Shown: one piece after another, positions 48,648 to 53,671 of the stretch
Layout: the number at the start of each line of letters is the position of its first letter
Position numbering within the stretch: the stretch's first letter is position 1
Virus record (IMG/VR): IMGVR_UViG_3300044756_000026
Span: 1-53,671 of that record
Strand: one strand, 5' to 3'
DNA from: a virus
Taxonomy: Duplodnaviria > Caudoviricetes
DNA: 53,671 nucleotides
Made by a program: the position numbers and the translations under genes
The notes under the pieces: generated by a model
Seen by the model: the letters and a program-made list of their open reading frames with translations, nothing else
The model's database searches: none
Told to the model about the DNA's origin: nothing

Positions 48648-48940
48648 ACGACCGCGAAATGCTCTCAACCAAGATGCGGCGTACCACGTCGTGGAAACAC
48701 ATCGCAGCCCGTGATGCAACGATTCCCGACATGCCGCACGTCGGCTCCATGTTGTTCACGCGTACGTGGTACAACGAGAGGGATGCGCGTGTGATCGTGG
48801 GTGAGTTCGACCAAGACAAAGGATTCTTTGCAGCTCGCATGTATCACGCGGAAAAGGGACTGTCGTACGGCGTACGTGATCAGGAAGTAGCCGGCGCGTA
48901 CGTCATGTCGCAGGTCCTCGAGTGGATAGGTGAATCCTAA
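48644..48940 (+). CDS. hypothetical protein
   Basis: AGGAG RBS; ATGA overlap. Confidence 0.55.
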   Translation: MNDREMLSTKMRRTTSWKHIAARDATIPDMPHVGSMLFTRTWYNERDARVIVGEFDQDKGFFAARMYHAEKGLSYGVRDQEVAGAYVMSQVLEWIGES

Positions 48941-48966
48941 ACCAGTTCCGTACGAGGTTGAACAAT

Positions 48967-49013
48967 CTGAGCTGTTTACGATATAATGACGCGAACGCAC
49001 ACACACGAAAGGA
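48967..49013 (+). promoter_or_regulatory. repeated promoter and leader
   Basis: CTGAGC...GATATAATGACGCGAACGCACACACACGAAAGGA, nearly identical to 49630-49676. Confidence 0.75.
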
Positions 49014-49019
49014 ACGCAC

Positions 49020-49286
49020 ATGCCAAGAACCCAACGCGTTGATGACGTACGCGACGAGGACGGATACATCATACAGGGAGGATATTCGTTTTGGGAATGT
49101 GAACGATGCGGAGAAGAGGTACGCCGCTATCGTGGACAAGGCGATGTGAGCTGTCACAAATGCGATGCGCAATACAACGCGTCGGGTCAACGGTTGCGTG
49201 ACAACTGGAGAGACAACCGATCGAACTACGATGACGACGTCTCCGACATGGACGGATACGAAGATTCACTGGCAGGAGATTACTGA
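49020..49286 (+). CDS. Zn-ribbon protein
   Basis: C..CG...C..C.A.YN..GQ.LR. Confidence 0.65.
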   Translation: MPRTQRVDDVRDEDGYIIQGGYSFWECERCGEEVRRYRGQGDVSCHKCDAQYNASGQRLRDNWRDNRSNYDDDVSDMDGYEDSLAGDY

Positions 49287-49288
49287 TC

Positions 49289-49465
49289 ATGAGCTACTGT
49301 GAAGATTACCCGTGTTGTGGGCACACGCCACAGGATCCGTGTGAACGGCAATGGTACGATGAGCCGGACGCGTTCGACACGACGAAGAATCCGCATGCTC
49401 TGTGCGATCATGAAAACGGAGAGTGCGACGTGGAATACTACGACGAGGATGAGGAATACGCTTGA
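49289..49465 (+). CDS. 58-aa acidic Cys-rich protein (not in ORF track)
   Basis: AGGAG RBS; MSYCEDYPCCGH... Confidence 0.6.
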   Translation: MSYCEDYPCCGHTPQDPCERQWYDEPDAFDTTKNPHALCDHENGECDVEYYDEDEEYA

Positions 49466-49682
49466 GCCTCTGGATCCGCGTGCGCATCAAAACTGTCCTG
49501 CTCGTATTAGGTTTGATCGAGGATCGGTTCGTGGATGAGAATGATTGAGATTCTAGGATTTGGAGTTTATTCGATCACGTTGGTTGCGTGTGGGATAATC
49601 ATCACTCTCCGAAACACGGGTTGATCCACTGGAGCTGAATGACATATAATGACGTGAACGCACACACACGAAAGGATGACAA

Positions 49683-49991
49683 ATGCCGAAACAAGCCGAC
49701 AACGATTTCCGTCGTTATGATCGTGCGACGATGATCCGTTCCAACGAACGCCTCGACGATACGTTACGCGCGATGATCGCTGAGCTTCTCGAAATCCTCG
49801 AACACGACAATTTGTCGCAGCTCATACAATGGTCGAGGAAAGTCTCCGCCGCGATGAAACGTGGGAACAGGCGACAATCAGCCGCGTTGCATGTGTTGTT
49901 GATCCTCGCGACACAATCCGACGAGGGAGATACCCGCAAACGAATCTCCGACGACGTGCGTGCATTCGGGCGCGCCTTGAATGTGATGTGA
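49683..49991 (+). CDS. hypothetical protein
   Basis: Own promoter (TATAAT 49645) and GAAAGGA RBS. Confidence 0.65.
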   Translation: MPKQADNDFRRYDRATMIRSNERLDDTLRAMIAELLEILEHDNLSQLIQWSRKVSAAMKRGNRRQSAALHVLLILATQSDEGDTRKRISDDVRAFGRALNVM

Positions 49992-50087
49992 GCTGATGTT
50001 ACACGAGATCTTCCACATGTGTATGTGTATGGGATTCGGCATGTGTGTCGAATGTGCAGGAAAACAAATTATCAGGAAGGTAAAGGA

Positions 50088-50297
50088 ATGCAATTCACGC
50101 GTACGAGCCAACTGACTGGTGTGGAGCACACGATGGAGGTGAACTGCACACAGGAACAATGGAATGAATATCTGGGTGGGCATAAGCTGATCCAGAACAT
50201 CATGCCCGACGTGCCTGCCGAACAACGAGAATTCCTCATGACAGGCATCACGCCTGATGAATGGGATACGTACGTGGGTGATGGCGATGAGGATTAG
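50088..50297 (+). CDS. hypothetical protein
   Basis: LIQN..P.....REFLMTGITP.EW motif. Confidence 0.65.
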   Translation: MQFTRTSQLTGVEHTMEVNCTQEQWNEYLGGHKLIQNIMPDVPAEQREFLMTGITPDEWDTYVGDGDED

Positions 50298-50469
50298 AGT
50301 TCAATTCACGGTTGAGGTTGATCCTGATTTGTACATCGAGAAGTTCTTGTTGCCCGATGATGTGCGTGCCGACGTACGGCTCCACGTGAACAATCAAGCC
50401 ATCGACCATGTCATGTACAGCTGTCACGACAATGGCGTGCCAATCCAATTGATCTCACACAATTGTTGA
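50281..50469 (+). CDS. hypothetical protein
   Basis: Overlapping start; VEVDP motif. Confidence 0.45.
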   Translation: MAMRIRVQFTVEVDPDLYIEKFLLPDDVRADVRLHVNNQAIDHVMYSCHDNGVPIQLISHNC

Positions 50470-50655
50470 CGTCATCCCTAGGCGACCATGCATATGCGAC
50501 GACACGATGACACACGCAAACGTCACTGGTCGCCTAGGGACGCACACACACGATCCGACGCACGTCTTGGTTGCACGTGTCGCGCGACGTGCGCATCCGA
50601 AAGTGGTAGCGGCATCTGGTTGTATATTGTGAGCCGCTTGACATATAATACGTGT

Positions 50656-50934
50656 ATGACGAACACATACGCAGCCGACTTTTATTCGTACGCGCAATCC
50701 GAGGAATCCGATCCGGATCCTGTGCATCACGTGCAAGCCGATACCGTCGGTGAGCTCTTGTTCCTGATGAACGAACTCCTCGATCCGATGTTCACGAACA
50801 TCTCTTACAAATTCATCGACAACGACGACACAACCGAAAACTCATTCCGCCTACAAGCCGTGTCTCCGATTGACGAACGAACTCTCCAAATCAATGGTGT
50901 GGTCGACGTGTACGAATTGAAGGATGGAGAATGA
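50656..50934 (+). CDS. hypothetical protein, probably leaderless
   Basis: ATG 7 nt after TATAAT at 50644; MTNT start and ESDPDP motif. Confidence 0.6.
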   Translation: MTNTYAADFYSYAQSEESDPDPVHHVQADTVGELLFLMNELLDPMFTNISYKFIDNDDTTENSFRLQAVSPIDERTLQINGVVDVYELKDGE

Positions 50935-51152
50935 TGCGGGTAGCCCTTGCATTGATCGCATTGTGTTTAGCCACTGCGCCACATGCGAATGCGAAGCCAA
51001 CGATCTGTGATCAACTATCCGCGGCATCTTCTGTAGAGGATGTGTGGAACATATTCGTTGAACATGGCGCACAGAAGGTTGCGGATACAGCCCACGAATC
51101 ATGCCCCGAGCATGGCCTGAAAATCATTGCCGCATTGAAGGCATTTGAATGA
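50931..51152 (+). CDS. small secreted protein
   Basis: Signal peptide ending ANA; IC..L...CPEH. Confidence 0.6.
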   Translation: MMRVALALIALCLATAPHANAKPTICDQLSAASSVEDVWNIFVEHGAQKVADTAHESCPEHGLKIIAALKAFE

Positions 51153-51273
51153 CCCGCGGGGAGCCTGACATTTTCGATCCGCGGGCAGCCTGACATCCGA
51201 AAGAGGTTGTTGCGCATTCTGAGCCGCGTGACATATAATGACGTGTACGCACACGAACGAAAGGAATACGAAT

Positions 51274-51822
51274 ATGCTCCTGAACCAATTCCGCGAAAAG
51301 GGTTCGTTCCACCCGACGCCTCAAACGACTGAGCTGCTGCGCATGTTGGATATAAACTTCCAGCGAGCCGCACATAACAAATACGGGGAGGTCCTGTTGC
51401 ATGAGTTCGCCTACCGCAACGTACGAGACCTGATCGGCCTCTCACATTTGTATGGCGGGCAGTACCTGTCGAATGACGGGATCGACGAATTCTGCAATGA
51501 CATTGAAGCCGTGCTCTTCCTTGATTTCGCAGAAGAGCTGTACGCGTGTTATTGCGACGACGAGGATATCAAGGATCCGGAGAGCGTCGGGTATCGTGAA
51601 TTCTCCACGAACGTTGATGTGGCACAAGCCACGTTGAAGAACCTGCGGGAGCTTGACATCGACGTGCTGAAGCTGTGTGCCGACATACGCCCGTTGTATT
51701 TCGACAGCCTGTTCGATGACAACATATCGGGGCAGACCTACACATTCGACGGAGAGACCGACGCCATCGACTTGATCGAAGCCATCGTCAACAAAATCAT
51801 CGCACGCCTGCAGACAGCCTGA
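51274..51822 (+). CDS. acidic hypothetical protein
   Basis: Own promoter (TATAAT 51234) and GAAAGGA RBS. Confidence 0.65.
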   Translation: MLLNQFREKGSFHPTPQTTELLRMLDINFQRAAHNKYGEVLLHEFAYRNVRDLIGLSHLYGGQYLSNDGIDEFCNDIEAVLFLDFAEELYACYCDDEDIKDPESVGYREFSTNVDVAQATLKNLRELDIDVLKLCADIRPLYFDSLFDDNISGQTYTFDGETDAIDLIEAIVNKIIARLQTA

Positions 51823-51916
51823 CACCACACACCACCGCGCGGGTAGCTCCGTGCGTGTGGGTTAGGTTGGGCGGCTCCGCGGCGGCTCACCGCACCAGAC
51901 CCAGGAGCGGTCACCA

Positions 51917-51962
51917 CACCACGGGCCAAACCCCAGACGGACTCACCACACCATGGGCCGAT
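51917..51962 (+). repeat. bipartite CACCAYRGGCYRA element, copy 2
   Basis: Units at 51917 and 51949. Confidence 0.65.
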
Positions 51963-52159
51963 CCAACAACACCAACACGTGCGGGAGCCCTGCGCGGCAG
52001 CCCTGTGCGGAGCCCCTGCGGCAAGGCCTGGGGTGGCTTGTGTGCGGCGTTCAGCGGGAGCGGCTTAAAGTGGTGCGTGACATGTGCGGCTGCGTACGAT
52101 ATAATAAATACATGCGCGAAACACACACAGAGATCACGCGCACACGGAAGGAAACACAC

Positions 52160-52531
52160 ATGAAGGCTCTTGTAATCGCAACGTGCGCGGTGGCCGCGTC
52201 ATTGTCGTTCGCATCGCACGCGTACGCACAGCCCGACGACGATGCCTACGAACGAGAGATGACAATCAAGCTCTCGCAAATCGCGGACGAGATCGACGAC
52301 ATCCCGACGTGCATGATGGAAGACGGCTCCGACGTGATACCCGCGCACGGTGGCCGTTGTTTGTGGATGAACGACGGGAACACGTGGTTGACATACGAGG
52401 ATCGTTCGTTCCTCATCGTGGATGATTCCGTCGTGTCGGCTCCGCGCGTCGTGTGTTCGACGTACGGCCGATGCGATTTGTACGACGACGGAGCCTTCGA
52501 ACAAGGCACGTTCGTCGGAGGGTACAACTAA
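52160..52531 (+). CDS. secreted hypothetical protein
   Basis: GGAAGGA RBS; signal peptide ending AYA; P.C..EDGS...C.W motif. Confidence 0.65.
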   Translation: MKALVIATCAVAASLSFASHAYAQPDDDAYEREMTIKLSQIADEIDDIPTCMMEDGSDVIPAHGGRCLWMNDGNTWLTYEDRSFLIVDDSVVSAPRVVCSTYGRCDLYDDGAFEQGTFVGGYN

Positions 52532-52543
52532 CACGCGGAAACG

Positions 52544-52570
52544 GAAAGGCGGGCGCAAGCCCGTTTTTTC
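52544..52570 (+). terminator. intrinsic terminator
   Basis: GCGGGC-GCAA-GCCCGT followed by a T run. Confidence 0.8.
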
Positions 52571-52628
52571 GTGCGCAACGAACCACACGCAAGCCGCGCG
52601 GGCGGTTGAACGCGAACGGAGCCAGACG

Positions 52629-52967
52629 TGTGACGTGGATCACATGCGGCCCTCGGCCAGCGGCGGCAAGGTCGGGGCTCCGCGGCGGGAGGTTTTCAGA
52701 CGGCGGGCGGTGGCCACACAGCGGCGAGCGGAGCGGCGGGGGGAGCTGCGCGGCGGCGGCGGAAAACGGCCAGAGTGAGGACGCGAGCTTCTCACCACAG
52801 GCCATTTAACGGAGGGGCGCGGATTCGGGGGGTCGAAAAAGGGGCGCGCGCGGGCGGGTGTGACGTGGGTCACAGGGCTGTGATGTGGGTCACACGCGCG
52901 GATGGAATGTGACGTGGGGCACATCGGGGGCGCATTGTGACGTGGGGCACATGTGACGTAGCACACA
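52629..52967. promoter_or_regulatory. array of six CRP-like boxes (TGTGA-N6-[T/G/A]CACA)
   Basis: Copies start at 52629, 52859, 52879, 52908, 52936, 52952. Confidence 0.6.
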
Positions 52968-53086
52968 CATGCGAATGTCGTTGTGCGCGTGCATATCATG
53001 ATATGATCGTGTCATGCAACGCACACACACACGACGCGCGCGTTGCATCGTCGTGCGCACACACGCGCGACGCGTCACGAAATGAA

Positions 53087-53485
53087 ATGACACACGAAAT
53101 GACAAACGCAAAATCGACAAACGCACGCACGACACGCACGCGCACGACGCGCAAATCGAACGTCGTCGCAACGCGTGACGCACGCGCAAACGCAATCGCG
53201 TCGCGTGTCGCGTACATCATGCGCGTTGACGCATCAACGATTGACGATGCGTTGATCGCACACGTTGACGCGCAATTGACGCAACGACGCGTTGATGCGC
53301 ACGTGATCAACGACGCGCAATTGCGCGACATGATCATTGCGTTCACGAACAACGACAACGTTCGACGCGTGTACGAAAATCACGATGCGTGTTACGCGTC
53401 GAACGCACACGACAAATCGAAAATCGCACGCGCGAAATGTCGTCGTGAACGTCGTGCGCGCATCGTGAACGACGCGACGAAATGA
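53087..53485 (+). CDS. terminal hypothetical protein lacking Gly, Pro and Trp
   Basis: TATGAT -10 at 53002; C-terminal H..C....H....AR.KCR motif; start 53087 or 53099. Confidence 0.6.
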   Translation: MTHEMTNAKSTNARTTRTRTTRKSNVVATRDARANAIASRVAYIMRVDASTIDDALIAHVDAQLTQRRVDAHVINDAQLRDMIIAFTNNDNVRRVYENHDACYASNAHDKSKIARAKCRRERRARIVNDATK

Positions 53486-53565
53486 TCGACGAATTTGTCG
53501 ACACGCGCGACGACGTGATCGACATGTTGATGCGCATACGCGACGCGCACAACGACGACGAATAA
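53482..53565 (+). CDS. 27-aa acidic peptide (not in ORF track)
   Basis: ATGA overlap; MIDEFVDTRDDVIDMLMRIRDAHNDDE. Confidence 0.4.
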   Translation: MIDEFVDTRDDVIDMLMRIRDAHNDDE

Positions 53566-53592
53566 CGTTCGCGCACAACACAATTGAATAAC

Positions 53593-53635
53593 ACGTAACG
53601 CGCATGACGAATTATGTTGTGCGCGTTACGTTTTC
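53593..53635 (+). terminator. intrinsic terminator
   Basis: ACGTAACGCGCA...TGCGCGTTACGT followed by TTT. Confidence 0.75.
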
Positions 53636-53671
53636 ATTTGTGTGTATGTCAAGACATTACGTCAATCGAAT

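Noticed and set aside
47446-52967. Right-arm repeats as a CRISPR or mini-array
   Set aside because: Repeats are degenerate, irregularly spaced and contain -10 boxes or palindromic operator-like motifs, not constant repeats with uniform spacers
52413-53605. Multiple antisense and overlapping ORFs at the right end
   Set aside because: Explained by stop-codon scarcity in GC-rich or low-complexity sequence; no RBS or promoter support

Overview
This window looks like a near-complete or complete 53.7 kb siphovirus genome from an actinobacteriophage. The host is probably a Mycobacterium or another mycolic-acid-containing actinobacterium, inferred from the lysin B and the mycobacteriophage-type lysin A and tail genes. 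The left arm (+ strand) carries packaging, head, tail and lysis genes. A central leftward block carries VRR-Nuc, a putative SSB, an AAA ATPase, a Cas4-like exonuclease, DNA polymerase I, a pyrimidine-nucleotide cluster and a helicase. The right arm (+ strand) carries a primase-helicase, NrdH, an HNH and many small ORFs behind repeated promoters. I saw no integrase, parAB or tRNA, so it appears lytic. The strongest unexpected signals are: (1) about 690 terminal bases with no GG, CC, AG or CT dinucleotide, yet containing a promoter, genes and a terminator; (2) a lysin B whose N-terminus has no start codon and is reachable by a -1 frameshift (C CCT TTC) from lysin A, which also has an internal start; (3) an array of six CRP-like TGTGA-N6-TCACA boxes before the terminal unit; (4) a thymidylate-synthase homolog with the dCMP-type Asp signature; (5) a structured RNA with its own SigA-like promoter inside the head operon. 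All functional calls come from motif recognition and synteny by eye; no database searches were run.
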